Source: Leptolyngbyaceae cyanobacterium
GTDB lineage: Bacteria; Cyanobacteriota; Cyanobacteriia; Phormidesmidales; Phormidesmidaceae
NCBI GenBank assembly: GCA_965263355.1
Contig: CBDHHL010000056.1
Coordinates: forward strand, 1,152,001-1,216,000
Length of the DNA stretch: 64,000 nt
Direction: 5' to 3'
Shown here: piece after piece, positions 23,467 to 33,957 of the stretch
How the letters are laid out: each line of letters opens with the position of its first letter
Numbering within the stretch: the first letter of the stretch is position 1
Program-made: the position numbers and the translations under genes
The notes under the pieces: generated by a model
Database searches by the model: none
What the model was told of the DNA's origin: nothing
The model's input: the letters and a program-made list of their open reading frames with translations, nothing else

Positions 23467-24189
23467 ATGCAACGGATTACTATTAGTCCAGCCCAACGGG
23501 TGAACAATACTCTCCAGTTAACCAGTGAACAGATTCATTATCTACAGCGGGTGCTACGGCTAAGACCGGGGGATTTGTTTATTGCTCAGGATGGCCAGGG
23601 GCAACAGTGGCAAGGACGGTTAACGGAAACCCCGGAATGGGCTCAAATTCTCTCTACATTGGTGCCATTATTACGGCCAGCGACGCTAGAGCTGGTAGCA
23701 GCTTTACCGAAAAGCGGGTTTGATGATGTGGTCCGTCAGGCCACTGAGTTGGGGGTAACGGCAATTCAACCCTTGCTGAGTGAGCGCACCTTGCTTAACC
23801 CAAGTTCAAAGAAGCTAGTGCGTTGGCAGCGGATAGCCCAGGAAGCGTCGGAGCAATGTGAACGTGGTTATATACCGAAACTGATGCCGCCCATAAGGTT
23901 TGCAGATTGGGTAAACACAGAGTCTGTATCTGTAGGGAACTATTTTTGTGTTACCAGAGTCAATGCACCTGGGCTATTGCCTTGTGTACAAGCACTTCTG
24001 ACCGATTCTCCTCAGCAATCGATTCGGGTGGTGATTGGTCCGGAGGGGGGCTGGACGTCTGAGGAAATCGCGGTTGCGATCGCATATGGTTACCAAGAAA
24101 TCTCTCTTGGATCCGGGATATTACGCGCAACAACAGCTGCGCTTACCGCCTTGGCGATTATCTCATCAGTTAGAGAGCAGTTGATATAA
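23467..24189 (+). CDS. rsmE: 16S rRNA m3U1498 methyltransferase
   Basis: HYLQRVLRL, QATELGV, EASEQCER, IGPEGG and LGSGILRATTA motifs. Confidence 0.95.
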   Translation: MQRITISPAQRVNNTLQLTSEQIHYLQRVLRLRPGDLFIAQDGQGQQWQGRLTETPEWAQILSTLVPLLRPATLELVAALPKSGFDDVVRQATELGVTAIQPLLSERTLLNPSSKKLVRWQRIAQEASEQCERGYIPKLMPPIRFADWVNTESVSVGNYFCVTRVNAPGLLPCVQALLTDSPQQSIRVVIGPEGGWTSEEIAVAIAYGYQEISLGSGILRATTAALTALAIISSVREQLI

Positions 24190-24328
24190 ACAAATCTCGC
24201 GTGTTTGTCCGGATGGCCTGCTGTCGTAACCTTGGCTAAGTTGGGAACAAATTCAGATGATATAGATAGGTGTTATTAACCTTATCTGCGTTTGGATATG
24301 GGGTTTAGTGTTTATTCAAATAGTAACC

Positions 24329-24604
24329 ATGCAAAGTTCAGTTAATCAGGAACACGTATTTTCAGGATTTCATGCATTATCAGAACCTATTCGCATTCAG
24401 GTTTTAGAACTTCTACGCGAAGGAGAGTTTTGTGTCGGCGACATGTGTGAGCGACTTAGTATTGCTCAATCAAAACTATCTTTTCATCTTAAAACGCTTA
24501 AGCAAGCAGGTCTGGTATCTGCTCGTCAGCAGGGACGCTGGATGTACTATAGTCTTAATCCCGAGCAATTCAATGTTTTAGAGACCTATCTGTCTAACTA
24601 TTAG
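24329..24604 (+). CDS. ArsR/SmtB family transcriptional regulator
   Basis: FHALSEPIRIQVL, EFCVGDMC, QSKLSFHLKTLK and RQQGRWMYYSL motifs. Confidence 0.9.
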   Translation: MQSSVNQEHVFSGFHALSEPIRIQVLELLREGEFCVGDMCERLSIAQSKLSFHLKTLKQAGLVSARQQGRWMYYSLNPEQFNVLETYLSNY

Positions 24605-24752
24605 CTCTCTGCACCAGAGACTCATTAACAAAAACGCATAAAAGTCATTTAAGAATCACAACCGTAGTGTTAATTGACACTGCGGTTGTGTTGTATTAAA
24701 CGGTGCACGGATCACAGTGCATGACCCACCAATCAAGACAATGGGCTCGTGC

Positions 24753-26492
24753 CTAAAAACTAGGTTGATAATCCAACAAAAAGTACAGCCCATTTTCCTG
24801 CAGTGAATCGCCAGAATCATCGGTATCAGTCAAGGGAATACCATAATCCAGACGCACGGATAAATCAGGGTTCACCCGCCATCGTAGACCAACACCCAAG
24901 CCCGCCAAAAACGATGGATCTGGATCTGGAATTTCGTTATTCCAACCCACACCAGCCTCTAAAAAAGGAGTTACCTGTAATGTATTGGGATTTTTGGTAA
25001 CGGGAATCCGGAATTCTACTGACCCTGTAATCGCATTGTCAGCTACCAGCTGGTTTTGACTGTAGCCCCGCACGGTACCAACACCGCCCAAGCTAAAACG
25101 TTCTACGGGTAATAACCCATCGGGTGTAAGCTGGGCACCGACACGGGTTAAGACTAAAAATCGCGGTGATACTTGCTCAATCCATTGAAACTGGCCTAAC
25201 CAGCTAAAAAAGCGACCATCAATACCAGAATCATTAACCGTGGCATCAAACAGGTCTAACCCCACGCTAAACTGCGAGCGTGCGGCTAAGACTCGCGACT
25301 GACTGCGTTTAACCCAATCTTGATAAAACCGTAGGGCACTGATCTGGGAACGACCGTCTTCAGGACCTAACGAAAATGAAAAGGGAATATCATCCAAAAT
25401 AAAGCTACGGCTACGCTTCCAGTCAAAATCTAAGCCGAGGGCAAACTCTTCGGCAGGAGTGCGGACAATGGGTTGGCGAAATCCTGCTGATACGGTGGTA
25501 GTTTCACTGCGAATACCCACATCTTCAAAAGCATCTTGAATGATACGGCTATCGCTATTGCTGAATCTTAGTTGAAATGTGCCATTCTTCGCATTGATGG
25601 GAATGGCATAGCTGATGTCATATAGGTTAAGCCCTTCAGTAGAGCCAAAGCTCCCAGTTAAACGATCCCCCAGACCCAGGGGGTGACGGGCTGTAAACCC
25701 TATATTGACACCTTCTGAGCCAATACTAGGAGAACGATAGTTGTCGGTGCTAAAAGAAAGGGCAAAGGCATCAACTTCTTCGAGATCTAAAATCAGTAGA
25801 CTTTTGCCAGGGCCATTACCAGCGGTTAGTTCGGCATTGACCCGCTCTAGGGATGGATCAAGTTGTAGAAGCTGCAGTCCCCGTTCTAAATCCTGTTGGT
25901 TAAAGGGAGCTTCCATAGCCTGGCCCAACCGGTCACGAATATAGCTTTGGCGCAGTCGTACTAAGCCATTGATCTGTAGGGCTTCGATTTCTCCTTCAAC
26001 AACTTGAATATTAACGGTTGTGTTGTCGGGGCTTAATTCTTGATTGTTGGGGACAAAGGCTCCGGAGGTAATATAGCCTGAGGTGATATATAGCTGGGTG
26101 ATTCGCGATCGCAAATTAAATAAATCAGACAGCCGAATCTCTTTGCCTTCGTAACAAGCGACCTGTTCTGCAATCTCCTCTTCCAGAATGGTATTACCCA
26201 GCACATTAATGGTCGTTGCTTGAAATGCAATTTCTGGAGTATCAGCTAAGGCCGGGCACTCTTGCAAGTTAAGCACATCAGGAATACCAGCCTCAGGCAA
26301 GATATCGTCCTGGGAGCCAGGCTGCTCTTCTGGAATCGGCTCCTGAGGTGTCTGTGATTCCACCTCGGGGTTAAAGCCTTCGGGCAACGCAGGAACGTCT
26401 GAGTTGGGGGCTTCTTGGGCAATGGCTGACAGACCGTAGCCAACAATTGCTAGATAACTGAAAATTGCGACAAAAAATCGGGGGCTAGGCAC
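24753..26492 (-). CDS. ShlB/FhaC/HecB two-partner secretion outer-membrane transporter (TpsB)
   Basis: Signal peptide, POTRA (YITSGYITSGA), VVEG, DNYRSPSIG, GGVGTVRGY and RLDYGIPL motifs; C-terminal Phe. Confidence 0.92.
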   Translation of the reverse strand: MPSPRFFVAIFSYLAIVGYGLSAIAQEAPNSDVPALPEGFNPEVESQTPQEPIPEEQPGSQDDILPEAGIPDVLNLQECPALADTPEIAFQATTINVLGNTILEEEIAEQVACYEGKEIRLSDLFNLRSRITQLYITSGYITSGAFVPNNQELSPDNTTVNIQVVEGEIEALQINGLVRLRQSYIRDRLGQAMEAPFNQQDLERGLQLLQLDPSLERVNAELTAGNGPGKSLLILDLEEVDAFALSFSTDNYRSPSIGSEGVNIGFTARHPLGLGDRLTGSFGSTEGLNLYDISYAIPINAKNGTFQLRFSNSDSRIIQDAFEDVGIRSETTTVSAGFRQPIVRTPAEEFALGLDFDWKRSRSFILDDIPFSFSLGPEDGRSQISALRFYQDWVKRSQSRVLAARSQFSVGLDLFDATVNDSGIDGRFFSWLGQFQWIEQVSPRFLVLTRVGAQLTPDGLLPVERFSLGGVGTVRGYSQNQLVADNAITGSVEFRIPVTKNPNTLQVTPFLEAGVGWNNEIPDPDPSFLAGLGVGLRWRVNPDLSVRLDYGIPLTDTDDSGDSLQENGLYFLLDYQPSF

Positions 26493-26650
26493 AACCGGCT
26501 TAAAATACTGCTTTGTAATATGAACCGTTGCTTATCATACTAAAGCTGTCAATTTTACATTGTTTAAAGAATTACTAATGTTGGAAAACTTGACATAGCT
26601 TGGCCAATCCTAGGCCCATTCCCCCATTAGTGGCATTGAGGGGGGAATAG

Positions 26651-26698
26651 GTAGGGGCGCAGTCCCGTCGTAGGTTGGGCAGAGTCCCGAACCCCAAC
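26651..26698. repeat. Cyanobacterial REP-like element
   Basis: gtaggggcgca ... gtaggttggg...ccccaac; a related taggttgggcattgccca lies at about 55454. Confidence 0.45.
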
Positions 26699-26912
26699 AA
26701 GCCTATGCAATGGACAATGGGCAGCAGCGGCAGGATTCAATTCATAAGAGAAACGCCTTATGTAGATTTCTGCAATCTAGTTTTTCTAATTAGGGAAATT
26801 GACATTAACCGTTTTGTCCGGTGATTTGCAGGATTGTTGCTTTTAAGCTTGAGCTAACGATGCTGAACGCAGTCTTACAGCCAACTCAACTCCTGAAATG
26901 TAAAAGGTCCCA

Positions 26913-27056
26913 ATGAACAAGACGCTCCTACGCCTGACCAGTTCTAGTTTGTTAGCGACTACATCAATGTTTGCGTTGGGTTTAGCTAAACCCAGTATGC
27001 CAAAGGCATCGCCAACTCTCTCAATTAATCAAGCCGCTGTTTTAGCCTGGAACTAG
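26913..27056 (+). CDS. Small putative secreted peptide, 47 aa, not in the ORF track
   Basis: AAAGG upstream; MNKTLLRLTSSSLLATTSMFALGLAKPSMPKASPTLSINQAAVLAWN has a signal-peptide-like N-terminus. Confidence 0.5.
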   Translation: MNKTLLRLTSSSLLATTSMFALGLAKPSMPKASPTLSINQAAVLAWN

Positions 27057-27070
27057 GGAGAACAAAAAAG

Positions 27071-27217
27071 ATGGAAAAGTTTTTGACAGCATTGTTAGTC
27101 ACCTTTGGTTTGGTCATTTTACACAATGTGACAAGCGTCCCAATAACCGAGAGTCAATCCTCTGGGGTGATTTTCTCCGAAATTTCTTTCCAAGAAAATA
27201 CATTACTCTATCGTTAG
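27071..27217 (+). CDS. Small putative secreted or membrane peptide, 48 aa, not in the ORF track
   Basis: GGAG RBS just after the previous stop; MEKFLTALLVTFGLVILHNVTSVPITESQSSGVIFSEISFQENTLLYR. Confidence 0.55.
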   Translation: MEKFLTALLVTFGLVILHNVTSVPITESQSSGVIFSEISFQENTLLYR

Positions 27218-27346
27218 TGATTTTGTTATGGGTCCATGTCTCTACACCATCTTCCTAGGTTGACGATGCAAATCATAACGTCAGATTCTGAGACACATCT
27301 GGTAGGCTAAAGGCAAACGCCCCCTGCATTTTCCGGAGCTGTCGCT

Positions 27347-30028
27347 ATGCGTCGTTTTTGCCTGAGGTTACTGACCCGACGGACCTTTACGATTCTCTGC
27401 AGTTTAAGCCTCCTAGTCACCCTTTGGGTCGGTCATCCTTTCAAAAAGACGGCACCACTGGCCCAGGCGCAAGATGTGCGTCAGTTAGTGCAAACAGGGG
27501 TGGATTATTACCAAACTGGAGACTTTATCGCCGCCATTGACCCATGGCTGACCGCCTATGGTGTCTATCAAGCGAGCCAGGATCTGCCTGCCCTGGCTAT
27601 TGTCAGCGAAAATCTAGCACGGGCTTATCAACAAATGGGGCGTACCCCAGAAGAAATTACCTACTGGCAGCAGGCCATAACAGTGATTGAGCGGCTGGGG
27701 GATCGCCAAAAACTAGGGCGCTTATTAACGGAGGAAGCACAGGCCTATAGCCGTTTGGGGCAGCATCGCCGTGCCATTACCCTCCTATGTGGTACGGCTC
27801 CCGATGCAGGTGACTGTCAGCCTAATAGTGCCTTAAGGTTAGCCCAGGATACGGCGGACCCATTGGGCCAGATAACAGCTTTAGGGAGTTTAGGAGAAGC
27901 GTATCGGTCAAGCGGCAATCTGGACATTGCCGAAGATTATCTGATGGCAGGATATGCCATTGGTCGTAACCTGGATAATCAAATTCTGGTCGCCTCGCTG
28001 CTGAATGGTTTAGGTAACATATCCGCTAATGTTGCCCTGATCAATGATCGACGGGCAGAGGAATCCCTGGATCGGGGTGATACAAACCTGGCTATAGCCC
28101 TCGAAGCTAACGCTAACACTGACAATGCCAAAGCCATTAATTACTTTTTAGAAAGCTATACCCTGGGCGTTAACAATCAGCGTAATGACATCCAGCTCTA
28201 TGCCTTGCTCAATTTGATCCCGGCCTATGAACGCGCCGGGGATACTGCGGCAGTGGAGACGTATCGAGGGTTGGCGATCAACGTACTACAACAGCTGCCC
28301 GATGCAAAGCCTAAAGCCTTTGCCGCTATTAAGTTAGCTGATTTCTTAGATCCTCCTGAAGTACGGCGATCGCAACGTACCTTGAGTGCTACACCTATGC
28401 CATCTGCTGACCTAGAAGCCCAAGCAATTGCCCTATTAGAGCAGGCCCGTGATATTGGTGAAACAATCGATAATCCTCGGCTTGTGTCCTTTGCCCTGGG
28501 TAAGCTGGGGACATTGGACGAGCGTGCTGGTCGCTATGATGCGGCGCTAGAAAAAACACAGCAGGCTCGCTTTGCTGCCGATCAAGACCGGGCGGCCCAG
28601 GATAGTCTCTACTTGTGGGAATGGCAGTTGGGACGTATTTACAATGCCTTAGGCAAGCAAGAGGATGCCAGTCAGGCCTATGGTCAGGCCGTATCCGTAT
28701 TAGATGAAATCCGCAGTGATATTCTCAGCGCCAATCGAGATCTACAGTTTGATTTTCGCGATACGGTAGAACCGCTTTATCGTCAGTATGCAGAGCTGAG
28801 TCTGGCAGATGTCCCTAAAAGAAAAACCCTCAAACAAAAGGACCCTACATTTAAAGACCTTGAAACTGCACTAACCACCCTTAACTCACTTAAAGTGGCT
28901 GAATTGCAGAGTTATTTTGCCAATGACTGTGTCATTGTCCCCGCTGAAATCCGTGCGGATGAGGTGACTCAGAATACACCTACAGGCGTATTGAGTACAG
29001 CGATTTCAGACAAAGGATTGACGGTCATCTTAAGTTTGCCGGATGGTGGCCGCAAGGTTGTCCCTATTCTGGAGTCTGAAGCGGTAGTAGAGGCCACAAT
29101 TAATGAGTTTCGCAAAAGTTTAGAGCTTGGCAGCAGGGATTATACATTTAAAGATCGAGAAGCAATACAGCTGTATAGATGGTTGATTGCCCCCTTTGAG
29201 GAAGACCTTAAGGCAACGGGTGTGGAGACTCTGGTGTTTGTCAATGATGGTCTCTTGCGAAGCGTACCAATGGCAGCTTTGTATGACGGTCAGCAGTATT
29301 TAATTGAAAAATATGCGGTTGCAACCACACCCAGCCTCACCTTGACCACACCCAAAAAGGTAGAACGAGGCAAGCTAAATGCATTACTAGTCGGTGTGAG
29401 TGAGCCTTCACAACTACCTGAAAAGACATTTATTCCCTTACCTGCAGTGAATAAAGAGTTAGAGGATTTGTCAAAACAACTGCCCGATAGCACGATTTTG
29501 TTAAATCAGGATTTTTCCATTGAGGCAGTTCAACAGACACTGGCAGCAAAGGATTATCGCATTTTGCACATGGCTACCCATGGTGAATTTGGCTTTGCCC
29601 CGGAGAACAACTTTATTATTGCCGGTGCCAAACAAACTGGTGAGCTAAGTAGCTATAACCAAAAGCTAACCATCAGTCAGTTAGATGCGTTAATTCGCGA
29701 AATTAATGACCCTACCCGCGAACCGATTGAATTACTCACACTATCTGCTTGCGAAACCGGGATTGGTGATAATCGTTCTACCCTGGGGTTAGCAGGGGTG
29801 GCTGTCCGGGCAGGGGTACGCAGTGCTATCGCTACCCTGTGGACCGTCAGCGACAATTCCACCGCTGAAGTCATGGCTAACTTTTATGAAAAGTTGCAGG
29901 AACCATCATTGACTAAGGCCCAGGCACTACAACAGGCGCAGCTGGCTATGTTACAGTCCGATGACGGTAGTGGTAAGTCTCATCCATACCGCTGGGCACC
30001 GTTTATTCTGATTGGGAACTGGCTATAG
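27347..30028 (+). CDS. TPR-repeat CHAT-domain (caspase-like) protease with N-terminal signal peptide
   Basis: Basic then hydrophobic N-terminus ending AQA; TPR helices; LHMATHGEF (His), LSACETG (Cys) and HPYRWAPFILIGNWL motifs. Confidence 0.92.
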   Translation: MRRFCLRLLTRRTFTILCSLSLLVTLWVGHPFKKTAPLAQAQDVRQLVQTGVDYYQTGDFIAAIDPWLTAYGVYQASQDLPALAIVSENLARAYQQMGRTPEEITYWQQAITVIERLGDRQKLGRLLTEEAQAYSRLGQHRRAITLLCGTAPDAGDCQPNSALRLAQDTADPLGQITALGSLGEAYRSSGNLDIAEDYLMAGYAIGRNLDNQILVASLLNGLGNISANVALINDRRAEESLDRGDTNLAIALEANANTDNAKAINYFLESYTLGVNNQRNDIQLYALLNLIPAYERAGDTAAVETYRGLAINVLQQLPDAKPKAFAAIKLADFLDPPEVRRSQRTLSATPMPSADLEAQAIALLEQARDIGETIDNPRLVSFALGKLGTLDERAGRYDAALEKTQQARFAADQDRAAQDSLYLWEWQLGRIYNALGKQEDASQAYGQAVSVLDEIRSDILSANRDLQFDFRDTVEPLYRQYAELSLADVPKRKTLKQKDPTFKDLETALTTLNSLKVAELQSYFANDCVIVPAEIRADEVTQNTPTGVLSTAISDKGLTVILSLPDGGRKVVPILESEAVVEATINEFRKSLELGSRDYTFKDREAIQLYRWLIAPFEEDLKATGVETLVFVNDGLLRSVPMAALYDGQQYLIEKYAVATTPSLTLTTPKKVERGKLNALLVGVSEPSQLPEKTFIPLPAVNKELEDLSKQLPDSTILLNQDFSIEAVQQTLAAKDYRILHMATHGEFGFAPENNFIIAGAKQTGELSSYNQKLTISQLDALIREINDPTREPIELLTLSACETGIGDNRSTLGLAGVAVRAGVRSAIATLWTVSDNSTAEVMANFYEKLQEPSLTKAQALQQAQLAMLQSDDGSGKSHPYRWAPFILIGNWL

Positions 30029-30052
30029 CCTGCCTGCCCATTCCCCATCGCC

Positions 30053-30922
30053 CTAAGGCGCAGGCGTAGTTGCTGCGACAATCGCTAAAATATCCTGCCG
30101 TAACGGGTCAGATTCGGGACTAATGCTATTGGCTAAATCAGATAACAGTCCACCACGGGTTTGTTGAGCCGTTAATGTGGTTGCCTCGGCCACCTCTGCG
30201 ATCGCATTGTACCAAATGCCTGCTTGACCATAGGCGAGGGCCCGTTCAGCATCTGTTGTTGCTGTTGATAATGCCTGAGACAGGGTAGCAGTTGGAGCCA
30301 CTACTTCAAACGATAACTCTTGGACCAACGAGCGAGATGGATAGGCCGGGTTACACTCAACAATGACCTGCCAGCGATAATTTACCCCTGGAGAAAGCGC
30401 CTTCTCTGTTTGGGGTAGCTGATATTTAAAAAATCCAGCCGTATAGTCCAAACTTTCTTCGAAAATGGGAATGGGGGTATTGGCCTCGTTGGGCTCCAGA
30501 AGTCTAAAAATGATCGTAAATGGAGTTTCTGACTCGGGTAGGTACCAAACAAATTCTGGATGAGTAGACACTGTTTGACCCATCACAAGTTCTGTATCCT
30601 TAGGCCCCAGAGTAGTAAATGTGGTGTCGGTCAAACCCAAACAACCGCCGTAGCGCGAACCGCCTGGGGTAGCTGGCCCCCGTAAGGGTCTGGCATCTTT
30701 AGGAGGCGTAAAGTAGGTTCCCGCTGTTATGGTGGGCATGTCACCTGCGTCCGCGTCTTCGGGGGGGATAAACGCATCGTTTTCAGTTGTCAGCGCAAAA
30801 TCCAGCTTAGAACTTGGTAAGGTTTGCTCTACCTGAAGGCTGAATGGCGTAGCCTCACCTCCCAGTAACAAGAGAACTGGCGTTACAACGAGCAGAGCAG
30901 ATGTAAGTTTGGTGACAACCAT
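30053..30922 (-). CDS. DUF928 domain protein (secreted)
   Basis: Signal-like N-terminus, GGSR..C, GQTVSTHPEFVWYLP, YRWQVIVEC and YGQAGIWYNAI motifs; start placed at ATG 30922. Confidence 0.85.
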   Translation of the reverse strand: MVVTKLTSALLVVTPVLLLLGGEATPFSLQVEQTLPSSKLDFALTTENDAFIPPEDADAGDMPTITAGTYFTPPKDARPLRGPATPGGSRYGGCLGLTDTTFTTLGPKDTELVMGQTVSTHPEFVWYLPESETPFTIIFRLLEPNEANTPIPIFEESLDYTAGFFKYQLPQTEKALSPGVNYRWQVIVECNPAYPSRSLVQELSFEVVAPTATLSQALSTATTDAERALAYGQAGIWYNAIAEVAEATTLTAQQTRGGLLSDLANSISPESDPLRQDILAIVAATTPAP

Positions 30923-31365
30923 GATTAATAATCGGGAATACAACCTAAAGAAATGATCCAATACATTCGGTTGATATTTCAAGACACTGTCTGTGGAGTA
31001 CTGAAAACAGTTTGTTGTTTGCTCCGTACTCGGCCTTGACGTTGTAAGCGATGGCAGTAACGTATTACACGAATACTCCAATACACAACGGTAACGATTA
31101 GCAGGATTGTACTTAACCAATGTAACCAAGGCCAGTGCAAACCGAGACGAGTCAGTGTAAATACGGCAATATCATCAACAAAGTTTAAAGCTAGCAATAA
31201 GCTTTTGTGAATTAAGCCAGTGAGGTTACTAAATTGCATGATGTCAAGGTCCAGGTCACAATTGCCATAACTTTAAGCAAGTTGACCGATGTAATCAGCT
31301 ACAAAATCCGCCAATTGAATTACGGAAAACGGGTAAATTGCCTTGCACATATGTGCAAAGTAGCG

Positions 31366-33234
31366 TTAACCCAGCCAACGTTTCCAGACTGGTTGCTGGG
31401 TAGGCCAGCGGAGTTCACACCGCACTCCCTTAGGGGTGATATTGACCCGTTGAAACTGGCCATTGAGACTCCGGGCTAATGTTTGAGCCTGGCGGGTGCC
31501 ATACCCTTGGGTCTTTGAGACCGTTATGTTCTGTATACCTTCACCGTTATCGATTACTTTAAGGACATTAGTGCCGTTTTGCTGACGGCAGTCGATGGTC
31601 AATCGGGTAGTAGTTTTGGCATATTTTTTGACATTGATCAGCGCTTCTTCTAAAAAGCGACCCAGATTGCGCTTTTGAGCCATGCTCAGGTGTTCATCTG
31701 CCAGGGGTTCAAAGGCAACGATTTTGAGAATCGGTGTAAAGAAATCGGGATCCCGTTCCAGGGTAATTTGATAAGCTTCTCGGAACAGCTCATGCAGGGG
31801 CAGTTGCAAATCTACACTTTTTTGGCCAGTCAATACGAGCTGCTCAGTCGACGACAGCATTTCTTGCTGCATAGCATCGTATACGTCCCGCAGCTCCTGA
31901 TTGAGATTGCTCAGGTCTGTACGTAATGCGGCGGGGGCAGATTGGTTGACGGGCCAGCGACTAAGCATGCTAGCCAGGGTTTGCAGGGGACCATTATGAA
32001 TGGTGTTGAAGGTTTGGTTGATCAGCGCTTGCCGTTCTTCTAGTTGCGATCGCAGCTGACATTGAGCCTGGTCAAAGGGATACAATACGGCAACATTGAC
32101 AAAAAAGGTAATCACCATTGGCACCGTTGGCAGCCACCAGCTGGCCACCAGGAGACCATAGCCCGATACCAATGCCAGACCAATGGCACCAATTCCTAGC
32201 AGTAGATGCATCAGAGGTTTACGTCGCCAATGGACAAGCGCCACCCCCAGACAGCCACTGCCTAGAATTAATAGGTATTCCACACCATCGGGTAACCCCT
32301 TTAAGAACGGACGCTGATCATAAAACGCGCTCAGGATCTGGCTAACGGCATGGGCTTGCAAATAGACCCCAGGGAATAAACTAGGCGTTACCCCTGGAAC
32401 TGCCCCAGAGCTGAGAAAGTCCTTGACGCTGTCAGCGGTATAGCCCACTAGAATTACCCGATTATGGATTAACTCAGGGGCTATGTCCTGGGTCATTAGC
32501 TGTTTGTAGGTAATGGTCTCAAACGGATAGGGGCCAGCACGAAAATTTAGCAGAGTCTGATTGCCACTATTCTGGGTGCGAATATAGCCCCCCGTATTGG
32601 GTTGAAAACGAGGAATCTCCACTGGTCCAAAACGCATGGTTTCTGGATCACGCAAACCATTTTCTAAAATGACGCCCTCGGGTTCCAGGTATTTTTCCAC
32701 CAGGCGAATCGTAAATGAGAACCGATAGTTATCGTCCCGATCATTGATACCCAATAGACTCCGCCGGACAAAGCCATCGCTATCTAATGCTGCATCAGCA
32801 AAGCCGATCTGATGTTCTGACAAAACGGGCAGTGGCTCAACGGGGCTCTGGCCCAATATTTTATGAATCAGAACAATATTCGGGTTAGTTTTTAGGCCCT
32901 GTGACAACGCCGGATAGCCCTCACCCACAGGACCATCTCGAAAGATATCGATGCCGATGGCCCGAGGTTCATAGGCTTGCAACCGTTGGATCAGATCTGC
33001 CAATGCCTGATCGGACGGTGGATGGGGCAGCACCGTTTGCAAATCGTCATCGGTAATTTCAATGACGGTAATTCGCGGATCGGTGGCCTCAGTAGGACGC
33101 CACCGCAGGCTTAAGTCTAGGGCCTGCCATTCCAGGGGCTGTAGGATCCCGAGCAGTCGCGCCAGGATAACGAGTCCGGTGATGGAGAGGCCCGGTAAAA
33201 GACTAATTTGCCAGTTGGGTCGCCAAGCTTGCAT
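31366..33234 (-). CDS. CHASE2-domain sensor histidine kinase (HisKA_3/HATPase type)
   Basis: AIGIDIFRD, DSDGFVRR, ILVGYTA...KD and PGVYLQAHAVSQIL (CHASE2); three TM helices; IHNGPLQ H-box, EEALINVKKYA N-box, DNGEG and GYG. Confidence 0.9.
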   Translation of the reverse strand: MQAWRPNWQISLLPGLSITGLVILARLLGILQPLEWQALDLSLRWRPTEATDPRITVIEITDDDLQTVLPHPPSDQALADLIQRLQAYEPRAIGIDIFRDGPVGEGYPALSQGLKTNPNIVLIHKILGQSPVEPLPVLSEHQIGFADAALDSDGFVRRSLLGINDRDDNYRFSFTIRLVEKYLEPEGVILENGLRDPETMRFGPVEIPRFQPNTGGYIRTQNSGNQTLLNFRAGPYPFETITYKQLMTQDIAPELIHNRVILVGYTADSVKDFLSSGAVPGVTPSLFPGVYLQAHAVSQILSAFYDQRPFLKGLPDGVEYLLILGSGCLGVALVHWRRKPLMHLLLGIGAIGLALVSGYGLLVASWWLPTVPMVITFFVNVAVLYPFDQAQCQLRSQLEERQALINQTFNTIHNGPLQTLASMLSRWPVNQSAPAALRTDLSNLNQELRDVYDAMQQEMLSSTEQLVLTGQKSVDLQLPLHELFREAYQITLERDPDFFTPILKIVAFEPLADEHLSMAQKRNLGRFLEEALINVKKYAKTTTRLTIDCRQQNGTNVLKVIDNGEGIQNITVSKTQGYGTRQAQTLARSLNGQFQRVNITPKGVRCELRWPTQQPVWKRWLG

Positions 33235-33285
33235 GGTCTGGGTGCCTGAATCTGATTGCTACTGTCAATTGATAGGGGCAGGCAG

Positions 33286-33957
33286 TCAATCTAATAGGCC
33301 CGATTGCCGTGCCTTATTGTAGGTCTGCACCCGAATATTCGTCCCTTCCTCTGGATACACCCCCAGGGCGTCCTGTACACGGGTCCAATAGTGACGCACA
33401 GTCCGTTCTGATACGTTCATTTGTTTTGCGATCGCCTTATCTGTACACCCTTTATCAAAGGCCAACTGCAGCATTTCGAGCCATTCCGGCTTGACTTCGA
33501 TACCCAAACGCATTTCAGGTGGCGTGTAGAGCAGCCCATTGAGCGCCCAGTCAACTTTGACCAGCATTTCAGAACTGCTGAGACGTTTATCGGCAATGGT
33601 AAACCCGGCCTGGTGGGTGTCAATCAGATTCTTTAGCCGAATCAAGGTTTTTACATGGGCGCTTTGGACGACGATATTAAGGTTGGGGTAGGTGGTGAGT
33701 AGCGATCGCAATAAAGTCAGTCCTGTTTCTGTCTGCGATGGATCGCCATCCTTTTGAGGAATTGACAGATCCATCATCACCAAATCGGGTTGAATGTCTT
33801 TAACCAAACCCTCAACTTTATCGGCAGTTGCTACTGTTGTGATTTTGGCATCGGCATACTGAACCTGCAGCACACGGCAGGTTCCCTCTAACACCGAGGC
33901 ATGATCATCCACGACGATAAAGGTTTTGACAGATGTTGGAGCCATAGTTACAACCAT
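33286..33957 (-). CDS. NarL/LuxR-family response regulator
   Basis: VVDDH, MMDLSIP receiver Asp, C-terminal HTH TDKAIAKQMNVSERTVRHY. Confidence 0.9.
   Translation of the reverse strand: MVVTMAPTSVKTFIVVDDHASVLEGTCRVLQVQYADAKITTVATADKVEGLVKDIQPDLVMMDLSIPQKDGDPSQTETGLTLLRSLLTTYPNLNIVVQSAHVKTLIRLKNLIDTHQAGFTIADKRLSSSEMLVKVDWALNGLLYTPPEMRLGIEVKPEWLEMLQLAFDKGCTDKAIAKQMNVSERTVRHYWTRVQDALGVYPEEGTNIRVQTYNKARQSGLLD

Noticed and set aside
30923..31129. 69-aa N-terminal extension of DUF928 in the ORF track
   Set aside because: The signal-peptide-like segment begins at Met 30922, and the extension looks like intergenic sequence
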